A stretch of 64,000 bases of DNA from the NCBI GenBank assembly GCA_043228905.1, contig JBHGNT010000006.1, forward strand, positions 5,890,001 to 5,954,000, written 5' to 3'. Position numbers and translations under genes: made by a program. Shown here one piece after another: positions 1 to 12,800 of the stretch. Position 1 is the stretch's first letter. Every line of letters starts with the position of its first letter. The stretch comes from Azolla caroliniana. Its lineage: Eukaryota > Plantae > Polypodiophyta. The notes under the pieces were generated by a model. That model made no database searches. It worked only from the letters and a program-made list of their open reading frames with translations, and had not been told where the DNA came from.

Positions 1-369
1 AGAATTGTTGTTGTGATGATCTTGATTCTCAATGTACAAAGTAAAACATCAATGCTTTCGAAACTCATAATCATAATTAGTACAAGACATGTGCTAAAGC
101 ACAATGTCAATGAATTGTTTTATCAATTTATCGTTGATGGTGGAGAGGTTGTGCTATTCTTTTGAAGATTGTATTCGACATAAAATCTCATCATATTTTA
201 GGTTAATAACATACACATTACCAATTTTACTCCCAACATAATGGCGTTACAACTTTGAAGTTGCCACATTTTCCATAATACAAAGAGCAAAAGCAATACC
301 ACTACTTTTTAAAATATGTAAACTCAATTACATGTGTGTTAGTATTATTTTCTTATTCCTCCAGGTACA

Positions 370-638
370 ATAGTGGAAATGTGGGTAGTTGGTTGACCTT
401 ATTGATAGTATGTACATGCTTTGGCAATATAGATAGGGGGAAATTATGCTCGAATGAAGTTATGAAATTGGATCCTGATACAATAGTAGGATATGCATTG
501 TTGTCAAGCATGTATGCTGAAAGTCACATAGTGGAGGCTTCTCCTAATCATTTCTCATTTTTGTAAAATAAGTGGGTTGTATTTTGTAGCAGATATGCTT
601 TTTAAAACTAATGGAAGGATATCTTGTTTAGAAAAAAA
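370..638 (+). pseudogene. PLS-PPR E-domain fragment plus 3' tail (retroposed copy)
   Basis: Translates to WLTLLIVCTCFGNIDRGKLCSNEVMKLDPDTIVGYALLSSMYAE, resembling the PPR E motif (W.ALL.AC..HG......A...L.L.P.....Y.LLSN.YA). Homologous to 21416-21850 (-) and ends in an A-run. Confidence 0.75.
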
Positions 639-3600
639 TTAAATAGTGGATTGAACTTAAAACTTAGAGTTGTATTTATTATCATTCCAATCTTTTTCAA
701 AGTGGGTTTGTGAAGCCATTTTAGAAGGAAAGTGTCAACTAGTTGTGTCGCAATGTCAAAGTACAATAGGACAATACTTTCTACAAAGAACTCTACATTT
801 TATGCATTCCTTTAAAATTGAACTAATGGGCTTAATATTATGAAAGCATAGGCATTATAACCTTTAATAATCTTTAAGGTTTATCTCTACATAATCATTT
901 TGTTTGGGATTGGATTTCCAATAGACACATTAAATGATTTCATATCATGCTCTGACATCCCATTATCTAGTTAAAACATACCTTGTTTTTCCTTCTCATA
1001 TAAATACAATTTTTGAGGGAGGGGGATTAATAGGTTGGGGAATTTATCACGTGGCAAGGATGGACTGAGGTTGAGATTATATTTTGTATGTAAGACAAAA
1101 TATTCAAGTTAAGCATCCTAATATTTAGGTAGGTAATTGATGAACACCAAATACCTATGCATGTAGTGTGCTGATGGAGGGAAGAAATAACCCTATCATG
1201 TGCCAAGACGGGATTGATCGTCATAGTGACAATGGGTTAATCTTAACTAAGCAAGTTTATTCTCAAACTCCAACTTCCACATGTCCTACAAAAGTAGTGT
1301 CCAAGGAATAGCTGACAATGATACTTTATCAAGATGAATTACAAGTACCTTAAGTAATTGGTTGGTGATGATTGTCACATTAATGGTACATTTGGATGAA
1401 GTGATAACGCTTGCCCATTTGAATTAGGAAAAATTTGGACCTCATAATAGGGCCTTGTAAGAAAGTGTACTTTTCAATTGAAGGGAATTCTGACTTTTTT
1501 AGATGACATTGTATATATTGCACTCAACATAAGCTTACAATGTGCCACTCGTTAGAAAACACCCTAAGAGACAATTCTATATCTTCGATTGGAATTCGAT
1601 TTCGATTTCTTATGAAAGTGCTATTCTATGGACTTCCCTTTAAAAGTAAATGAACCCAATTTGTTACCACAATACTCTTCCTATTGGACATGCACGACAT
1701 CCCATAATCTTTAGAACGGGGGTGTTTTGAGGTCCATGATACACTGTGTTTCAATGTATTTTCAAAGCTCTTCAAGTTTGGGATGGGCGTCCACATTATG
1801 TATAATTATGTGGTTGTTGCAGAATGCCACTGTAGCCCTCCATAATGTTACCATATTGTCAAGCACATTTAGTATGTCCTATGGATGGCACTTCATATGT
1901 TTCTTCTATACTAATACACATTTTTCATTAGACGAAAAAGTATGCATTTCAAAGATGTTGTAGATAGATACAAAAATGCAATATACCAATTTTCTTGTAT
2001 TGCAACATGGCTTATGCGACATCACAATAAAATAGTCAACAAGTTTTCGATTTTCATGTAGTGGAAGGTTTGAATGAGTTGTTCCAAATAGGCATAAGGT
2101 CCCATCAATTTTAGTACTCATCATTATTGTGATTGGGAAATTGTGTGTTTTTGTGGGATAGTCAAATCAGTGAATGGTTCCTCCTGCCCAAGCAAAGTAA
2201 GCTCGCCTTCATGTTGGTCTTTAAAGTTGGCGTCAATTGTAATTGGCCCTAGTTGTGTGTTGAGAACCCCACATTAGAAATCGACTCCGCAAGGCAAAAG
2301 TATGGTGCACACAAACGGAGGTGGTCAAGGGTGATGATGGGTATGATTGAGGGATTAGGAATAAAAATGAATAATCCATTTTTTACAAAGTACAACCTTA
2401 CATACTACGTAAGCCTCTTCGTACATGCACTTTCATAACACTTGATAAGAATAAGAGGGATACAAAGAGCATTGAATGCATAGCGGGGATAATAGGAATA
2501 GAGCATTAAATAAAATGCAAGATCATTAAGTGCATTGAATGTGATTATGTTGCATTAAGCACATATCCCATGGAATCCCTTAATTTGAAGCCAAGAGCCT
2601 TATAAGGCTATAATAAGTTTTTAAGGTTTGTAGCTTCAACCTTGTGTTTGTTCATTTATCCACATATTCATATAGTCATTATTTTATGGCTTCATTCACA
2701 CAATGGTCCACTCCATCTACTTGGTTACCACTCAAATCATCCATTCTCGGCAAAGACATTCATGGAGTGCAAGGGCTTGTTCACTTCTACATCTTCTTTG
2801 CCACAAGGTTAGAGGGGTGGAGCAAACATTTTGCACTTTGCTTCAAAGATTGTTGTTAGAGAATAACAAAAGCTATCCACGATTATGTTAGTGCTTTATC
2901 AAGGAGTTTAGTCTCAAAATGGCATGTGAAAATTTATTGTCCCAATTTATATTCCATTGAAAATATTTGCAAGTAAGACATGGATATCATGTTATGTGAT
3001 CAAGAACCCCAAGCATTTTTGGGGGTTTATTGATAAGGGATTGAAAACCATGTACTTGGCATGCTCATAATCTCCACACTTCCAAGATGTGTTATTAGCT
3101 TTCTTGACTCACATTAGACCATCACACAACCATATGGTCCTACACTTCAAGACCAATTACATTGTTTAATTTAACAATACCTAAATTCAAGATGAGCTTC
3201 TCATATGAACTATACCCTAAGTATAACTAAGCTTTTCATCATATAGAGGCCTTACCACTTTGAAGCTCTGGACTATTGATTGGTTATCTTCATGTGAGGC
3301 CCTACATCTCCTTAGTCATCTACTACTATTACCATCATTAAAGACAAACACAATTAATTACTCGTCTAGCTTAGCCATCTTCTATTGTTACCATCATCGT
3401 GTTTTAAGAAACATGCAATGTTTAGTTCTTATTATTTAAAGTACATAGCAAAGTTGCCTTAGAGAGTATCAAGCATTGTGTTTTGGTTGTGCGCATTCAC
3501 ATTAGGTATGTTGTACATGCAGCAATATTGCATTCGAAACGCATGAGGTTTAACTTTGAAAGACATATAAATGATGCCTCCATCTTGACAACCATTCGAA

Positions 3601-3878
3601 ACGCAGCAATAAAAATGTCATGAAGGAAAAGTGAGATTGATGGCCAATATACAACCATGGTCATTCCATCTTTTGTTGATTATCAATGTAAGCATTCTAA
3701 AAATATCACATCCATATGACACTCAATATAATAACATGAAAATATACAAGGTACTTGGAATACAAGGCTTCATTAAAACATTTTAGTTATATATCCGAAT
3801 CAAAGAGCCTCAATACAAATCTCTATCATGCCTCCGGATAGAGGAAGAAACCACATAAAAATTCACCCTGAACATGGA

Positions 3879-6800
3879 TTAACTAATGGAACTCACTTGC
3901 TTCGACAAACGTTTTATTTTCTCATGTTGCCTTTCATCATTCAAGCTAAGAAGACAGCACGTTGTGAACATGTTATATCGTGCTTGAAACAATAGCCTAT
4001 TTTGCACTAGTTCCTCCCTTAGCAGAATTACCCCAAAGACCAACAAAAGAATGACACCCACAAGAATAACTGGATTTCCAAGCCATTGTACGATGACTCT
4101 AAAGACCACCGGCGTTTGCTGACAAAAAAGAAAGAATGATGGGAAGCACTATCAATAAAAAAGGAGAGAATTTTTTGAGTTTCATATACCACAGTGACAC
4201 AGGAGAGCAATAATATATTACAACACACAAACATCTAAATGAAGTACCTCAATGTAGCTCGAGAGGGTTTGATACATGGAACTGTCCTTCATAATCGGAC
4301 CACATACTCCACTGCTCTTTTGTACCAATGTTACTGATGCAGGTAGACTGCATAGTATAAGCGCTAACAGCAGAAGTCCATGCGTAAGATTAGAGGTTCT
4401 TGATGCACTATATGGATTCTTCATAGGTCCATAGAATTGTCTCAAAGAGAACTGCCATGTTATAGAAAAAGAAGTTAATGACGAACACTAATCATAGCAA
4501 AAACTAACATGCATCACAAATATAAAATAAGACAATAATTTGAAGTAAAATACAACTACATGAAAATGAGAAAGTCATTGAAGGTTATAGAACTTTGCTA
4601 CGCATACGATTTAGCAAACTTTAAGCATTCAATAATAAGAACTTGCAAAAAGCTGCATGCTACTTGCCTTCATGTAAGAGAACGTTATAAAGTTGCAAAA
4701 TAAGCCAAGAAATGCTGCTACTGGGCTGAAGGAAGAACCAACCCAAACTAGAGATTCAATATAGACAATATCAATCACCAAATTCTCGATTGAAAGTTGT
4801 CTCCGAGCCTGTAAAGATTTAGAACTTGTGTATGTGCATATATTTATTGACATAAATTGTGCAATGCATATTATTCCCATAAATTTATGCCGTCACCAGC
4901 TACTGACATGGAAAAGCTTTTTATAGATGAGTCCATAGAAAAAGTCGCACGCAATGTTTACGACCGTGCCTGTCAGTATCAATCGTAAAAGTTGTTTGGC
5001 AACTGCATTCTCCATGCATCCTGGCATGCACACATTTCCCTGTGACATGAAAAAAAATGAAAACTCATATCATGGAACATAGTACACTTTTTACTAAACT
5101 CATAGATCTCCTACACTCTAAAAAAAGTTTCATTTCTCTATGCATGTAACCTGATCCAGTGTGCAAAAGACCCATTCATTTCCTCCTTCAAGATTGCAGC
5201 AAGCAAAACCCTCAGGGCAAGCCTTATGAGATTTACAGCTCAGTATTTGGTTTCCAGAACGTACATATGTTGCCTGTGCAAGAGCCATATATAATCTGAA
5301 AGAAAACCGTATTTCATATTTACTTAGAATTACATGAATGAAGTGTGTTACCTTACATATAATAGCAGCAATATATTATAAAGAAGGTACTTCCAAAGGT
5401 ATTGCTGCTTTCTCTCTTTTTTAGTAATGTAGTTTCATAACTTTCTAATTTTTCCTCTCTCTGCAACTTGTTTTCTAGAATTCCGAGCTACAGTTTAGCC
5501 TCAACTTACCTAAAGCCCTTTAGTCTATATGTGGACATTCTTTGATTTATAACTTGTGCTCGAGTTTACAACATATTGCATCTATCACATTTCTATTTGT
5601 AAACATATGATGAAGCGATAGCATGATAGGTTAGGATAATAGGTTAGAATAGATCACACACAATGGGTAGCAACAGGCACGGCCTGAACTTATTATTAGG
5701 GATGTTATGATGATGAATGCTAAGGTCATTTGAGTCCCTTTTTAGAGTAAAGTGTAAAGGAAGTAGTGGAAATGGAAAAGACCTGGCAAATAATGTACAT
5801 ACATTCACCAATCTCAAAGAAAAAAGCTTCACTAGTACAATATGTTCAGACTTTGCAGGAGCCCAGTCTTCTAATTTAACAAGGAAAGGAATCGATAATG
5901 GTGATATCATGCTTACTGCCGTCAGCAGTATGGATTGAGCATAATCTGTCTCTGTGTATGTAATAAAAAAGTCATCAATAAAGATGTAATTCCATTCAGC
6001 CATTTAAGAACAAACTTTCCTTTTCAGTGACTTACTGAGCTTCTTGTTGACTCTATCACTTTGTGAAACCAATGCAATGACAATTGCCACATTTCCAGCA
6101 ATTTGTAAAGGCCACAAGACACCTAAAGCTATGTATCTCTGCATAAAGATTAAAGTTGTATTAAAAATAAATCTCAGGCTGCCAAAAAATACAAAAACAA
6201 AATTGACTTCCACTTAATGGAAGGAGCCAAGCATCTTTCGAAACAAGTTTCAACCACACATTAGTGGAGACTAGATATATTAAGCAACATCACATGGCGC
6301 ATGATGTTAGGATCTGAATTGTTGAGATTGTGCATCCATCTTCTGATCAACAGAATTTACCATGTAGTCAAGCATAGGTGCTAAGGAAAAGGAACACAAT
6401 GTTTTCTATATTGAAATTTGTTTTCGAAATTTTAATCAATGAATTTTATTTCAGAGTAGCTTCTCCCCTCCTCTCTTTCCTTGCATTATAGACCTCTCTT
6501 TATCTTCTTTTGGTATGGATAAAACATCCCACAAATTTTATATTAGCTAACCCCCCTCCATCCTAAATCATGCAACCTCTCTACCCATATCTTCCTTTGA
6601 GAGTTTTTGAAATTTTCTGTCCTATGCGTTTTCCACAATGCTCGCTCAATCTCCACATTCCTGCCCTCTGTATTTTGTTACAAGGTTTACTTAATCTAAT
6701 GTCTGTGTTTCTGCAGAGTTTTCTCAATCGTTGTGTTCTTGCCTTCTTTGTTTTTCAGCAAGGTTTACTTAACCTAATCCTCGTGAAGCAAATGAAGATA

Positions 6801-9800
6801 TGGCTCACAATACCGATGAAGATGGACTACATTACATGTGCATGTTCCATTACATGTCAAAGAAGGGAAAGACGACCTCTTACACCATTTAACAAAAAGA
6901 CATCAGAAGTTTTGTAAAAAGATTAAACTTACAACTCAAGGATGACATGGCGAAGTATCTAGAGGATGAGGTGTCCTTACATAAGGTCAAACTAGTAGAA
7001 CAATTAGAGTTGACTTATGAAAAGAACAAGTGGAAATCGAAAAACGTGTATCCATAGTTAAAGACAATGTAAACATTGGAAAGAGATGGTCAAAGATACC
7101 AAAGCTCGAGCCGGGCATGTTGAAAAAGAAATTAAACTACTTGTTCCTTGGATAGAGGTACTGAATAAAAAGGAAAACCAATGGATAAGATAGGAATGAT
7201 GAGGGCTACATTAGAAGAAGATGAAGACAAAAGGAAAGCTCATGCATTACATGTACAAGTTGTAGGTTGGGCTCAAAAAGAAAGCCCACAAGAAGATGCC
7301 AAGAATCTCAGAGCAAAGATCAGGGCATCAAATATTCCATTTGCTTTAGCATGGAGTGTGGGAAGCCTTGACCATACATTTCATGGATATGAAAAAGAAA
7401 AAAGCTTTCCTTCCAAGAGAATAGAATAGATTATCCACGAGGAGGCCAATGTTGTCCTATGGGTTACAATAGATCGAGAAATAGCAATTTTTCATGCATG
7501 TAACCTCTGCCCCCCAGGACCATGATCTCATCAACATTGTCCTTGACAGACAAATAAGCTGAAAACTCCCGTTCCGTTGATAAGACACAATTATCTCCTG
7601 CAATCATAGGTGTTTCCCAAGCTTTGAAGTTCTCTCCATTTTGGAGCAACCTATGCTAAAGATCTTCCAATTTCATAGATAACAGGACTCTTTAGTCACT
7701 TTTATTTCAAAGACAAGACAACATTTTAAGATGTAATCTCTTGTTTGGTCTTATTAGCCATGTTGGCCTCTTAAAAGACGTCAATATATCTTTCTTTCTT
7801 CATCTTTCTGTTTCAAATGTCAATGCATCACTATGAATTCACAATAGACTACTAATACAGATATATTCTTTTCTGGGTTCCAATAATTGTGGCATATAAT
7901 CCTTGTTGTAGGCTGAAAACAAAGTTTCTACGTTCTCAACAGAAACATGTGCTGCAGTCACATGTTTGACTGTAATTATAGTTCTAATGTGAACTAGATA
8001 TGTTATAAAGTTTTTTATTTTGTTTTAGGTGTAAACAATTGCTTCTCTTGTAGAGAAATCTGCTAGCTAAGACTTGTGGCATATAATCCTTGTTTAGACT
8101 TAAAAATGAAGTTTGTATATTCTCAACAGAAACATGTGCTGCAGTCACGTGATTAACCGTAATTATAGTTCGTTTATGTCAACTTGATACCTTATAAAGC
8201 TTTGATTTTGTTTTAGGTGTAAGAAATTGCTTCTCTTGTGTAGAGACATCTGCTAGCATTTCCCGAAAACGCATCCGTATGCCCTTTCGTAATCTTGATG
8301 CTGCCTGCGCAATTCAAGAGAAGCTATATCATTTATGGAATAATATACAATAGATAGTCTTTATAGATACCTTCACTAAATTTTCGAAGTAAACCCCTGA
8401 TAACAGATATTTTATCTCACAATGATAGGAAACTACTACAGGACCAAACTTACATCCATTGATTTTATACCGAAGTCCCACGATCCAAATACTGCTGTGC
8501 AAAATGGATGTGTCATGGTACCAGATGAAATCAATATTTTATTTGTAACATTGAGCCTTTTTGTTATTCTAGTATAAAGAAAGGCAAATGGACAGTTTCA
8601 GTATTAAGACATTAAAAGGAGTAGTTAAGGCTACTAATTTCATAAGTTTTTAGCATTTTTATCATCATTTTTATCCCCTTTCGTATGACAGATGTCCAAG
8701 GTACCAAAATGCACATGATTCGTACAATGATTATGGGGCTTAGGATTGATTGAAAACCCAAAGAAAGACAGAGATTCCCAACATTTGAAACCATCAACAA
8801 ATACTTTGACGAGTTCCCCTAACATAAAAAAAGTTCAGCTTTTTTAATTTTGTGCTTTCAGAATCATTTTCACTTGCCTTTTGCCAATTCATGCATGCCT
8901 TTCCTGACATATGTACAAAAAACTTAGTTCATGAGGTGACAGTGCAAGACTTCAAGATGTATGAAGTACTAATTGGTAAGAAAGAGAATTGATAGAAAGA
9001 AAGAAAGCAGAGACAAAACGACTTATACAACCAAACAACATATTACATCTTACAATCTTTTCTCATCTCTGAGAACAAAAACCAAAATAATTAAAATTGA
9101 ACATATGGTACTAAATAATCTACATATCTAAGAACTTGATTCTAAACTTAGACCAAAACTTTTATCTTCAGAAAATCTCCGACTTGAGCCACTCCACGAA
9201 AGAGAGATTCCAAAGCAACAAAAGCACCTTCGGGATGGTGACAATTGGTCTTTACATGTTGCTGCTAAGTTGGCTGTAGTTCAGATGGTTGTGGCCTATA
9301 TGCATAACACATTGCTATTGCCTGACTATTGTAGCCCCTTTTTGAGTGTCTTGGTCAAAAATCCACTTGCACAGTTCTTGATTGGCTTGTACGATGTGAC
9401 GGAGTGATGTGGCTAACGGAGGTCGTGATTGATCTCTGTTGCTGACCTGTTGTGATTGTATTGTTTTCCTTCAACAACTTTTTTCTATGTCTCTTGGATC
9501 AACCCCAAAATATCACTTGCTACGAAAATGGCCCACTAAAAGACACTTCTTACACACATCGGAGGATGGATTCATCATCAGGCCACCTTATATAGACATA
9601 CATCTATCCTATGCTCTGCGCAATGTGATATAGCAGCTGCGAACTTCATCACATCAGGTACAGATTGAGGTAGGCAGATATACACAAATAACTCTAGAAG
9701 AAAGGATTTGCCAATTGTGTGTCATCAAGGAGTGGAATCCGAAGAACACTATGTTTGTCACTATAGTGTCTTCTATGAAATCAGAGGGAGATACCATTGC

Positions 9801-12800
9801 CTCTTTAAACAAGGTTTTGGCCCGCTACACAAGGCAATGGAATATGAGGACCAACAATGCCTAGGAGTTTTCATGCTAGAACTCAAGAAACATAGGGAAA
9901 CATTGTTGAAAGACAATAATACAGTCACACAAGCTCATCCACAAAGAACAATCACATCTTTCTTTAGCCCCATCACTCCTACTAATGCTATACAAGTCAA
10001 TCAAGGGATACACAAATGGGCTCCCAACCAGGACATAACAAAGGGGTTACAATAGATCAGGCAATAGCAAGTTGTCGTGCATCTAGGCCCCGGCCCCATG
10101 AACGACGACCTCAGCACCCTTGTCATCGACAAATAAAGGCCATTATCCCACTATCGCAAGTGCTTCCCTCACTTCGGAGATCTCTCCATTCTGGATCGAC
10201 CTATGCTAGAGATCTTTCGAAGACAAAGTTACAATATATCTAACTTGAGAATCTCAAATGTGCCAAAAACCAGATTACCTCGTCTCTTTTTATCTTATTT
10301 AGTTTTATATTTACTGAGTAATATGTATTTTATTTTGATTTGTTGTTCTCAAAGACGAGACAACACTTAAGATGTAATCTCTTGTTTGGTCTTATTGGTC
10401 ATTTTGGCCTCTTAAAAATCATTAATATATCTTTCTTTCTTCTTTAAGCAGGGCCAAGCACCTTCGGCCATCTTTTTTCATGATCTTGCGTAGCAGGCCA
10501 AAGACTTGTTTGAGAAGGCAACAATATCTCCCTCTTATTTCATAAAAGACACCAGAGTGTCAAACATAGTGTTCTTCTGCTTTCACCCCCCAAAGTAACA
10601 ATTGGCATATCCATTCTTCCAGAGGTTTGCGTCCATATCTGCATATCTAATTTCTGACTGATATGACGAGATCTTGAGCTGCCCTAGCACAAGATGGATA
10701 CATATCCATATAAAAAGGCCTCATAAGAAATCCATTTGATGACATGTGTAAAAAGAGTGCCTTATACTGGGCCATCTTCATACCAAGAGATGTTGTGGGG
10801 CTGATCCATGTTCTATCATTTTTCCAATTTAATGATATCAGCTTGGGTCACTCTATTCTTACCAATAGAGTGAACAAGAGCTCCATGTTAGTAGAATCAT
10901 TGATATGACACTGCTACATCGATACCTTGGCGCATTGTACCAAAAGTACTACTACGAAAGTCATTTGTGCCAGCCAAAACATTAGAGCAGTAAATTCATT
11001 GCACCATACAATATGAGCAAGGGAAGATGGCCACACGTATTGAGCCTAAAACTCTCGCATATAATCATCATGATCACAACTACAAAGTTACAAGGCAAAC
11101 ATTGGAGTTTCCTTCTATTTTCTTAGATATGGGGGAATGTAGCATACATTGAGAACATAAATCCCTTGTATTGTGGGTCATATTCACCAATTCAAAGGTT
11201 GTCTTCTATGCAATTGTACTCTTTTGGGCATTTATCATAGAGATGGAATTTTTTTTTAGGTAAAGTCATTACAAAAGTAACACATAAATAGTACAGGGTC
11301 ATATGGCCACTGTAGAGTTCTCCATGGACCATCAAGCAAACAATGTGGGTCATATTCACCAATTCAAAGGTTGTATTCAATGCAATTGTACTCTTTTGGG
11401 CATTTATTACAGAGATGGGTTTTTTTAGTTAGAGTCATTACAAAAGAACACATAAATAGTACAGGATCATATGACCACTGTAGAGTTCTCCATGGACCAT
11501 CAAGCAAACAAGAAACCAGGAAATTTTGCATAGATAATGAGATATGCCTTACATTAATGAATCACAAGGTGGAACAAATCTAGAAGATTGCAAAGATACA
11601 AATGGCCAAAAAAGAAGTCCTTTCAAGTGGCAGATATGTCCAACAATACCATGTTGCACATAAAAAAAGAAGATTGCAAAGATAAAAAACTTCCAAAAAA
11701 GAAGCCCTTTCAAGTCTCAGATGCATCTAACAATACCAAGTTGCACATAAAAAGGGACGAGACAACACTTAGGATGTAATCTCTTGTTTGGTCTTATAGG
11801 CCATTTTGGCCTCTTAAAAGAAGTTTATGTATCTTTCTTTCGTTCTAGCAAGTCTGCTTTGACCCTTGCACTATTATGCAGTTTCAATGTTCTCAGTGGT
11901 CATGTGAACTCGTGTTTTTCATGCTATATAATTAATACAATGCCTTTTACAAAAATAAAAATAAAACTAAGGCATACTGATAAGACTGATGTCGGCATTA
12001 TTTTTCATGTGATTATTGTTATACCTCTAATTAAGGCTTTTACATCTGTAAAAATATGGAGAATCTTCCTTTTTAAGTTACCTTGTAAGAATCAGTATCC
12101 AACTTATCAGAAGGGATGCAACGATCACACATGGATACATGTATGCAGTTTTGTACCATCCATTCTGCTCTTCAGAAGTATAGTGATATCCACCATAGAA
12201 AATCCAAGACTTTTCCATGCCATTTCCCTAAATTATCAGCAGGCCGCTTTGATGTCAAACTAGAGGGTGTATATGTTTCACAAAAGTTATATGATTAAAA
12301 CAATCGAAACCTAGTAAGTTCACAATACACAAAAACAAATAGTGACATAAAGTAGATTACTATATTTATTTTTGGTCACATAATAAGCACAAGATGCATG
12401 CCACAAGTATACCCAATGATAGTCTTCTAACTACAAATAGTACAAATAGGAAAAAAGGTGGTCAACTCTCCTATAGAAGATCCTAACAACTTTTCCCTAT
12501 GTCTCTTGAGTTCTAGCAAGAAAGCCCCAAGCACCATTGGTTCTCATATTCCAATACCTCGCACTAGTGAGCCAAAACCTTGCTAAAAGATCTCTCTTAT
12601 TTCATAAAAAACACTATAGTGACAAACATAGTGTCCTTCAGATTTCACCTCTTGATAACACAATTGGCAAATTCTTTCTTCTAGAGGTAAAGAAAAAACA
12701 CGACATTACATGCATGGCACAACATGATGCCCTACAACTTAATTATGAATGCATTGAAGTGTGAGACAACGAAATAGGCATCCATATGTCTTCTTCATAA

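Noticed and set aside
1000-3400. Short ORFs with faint retroelement-like traces
   Set aside because: Too decayed to identify any domain motif with confidence.
5274-5782. Candidate TMC exons or microexons (5524-5510, 5460-5352, read-through of ORF 5644-6003)
   Set aside because: No combination found by eye gives a stop-free phase-2 to phase-0 join; left unresolved.
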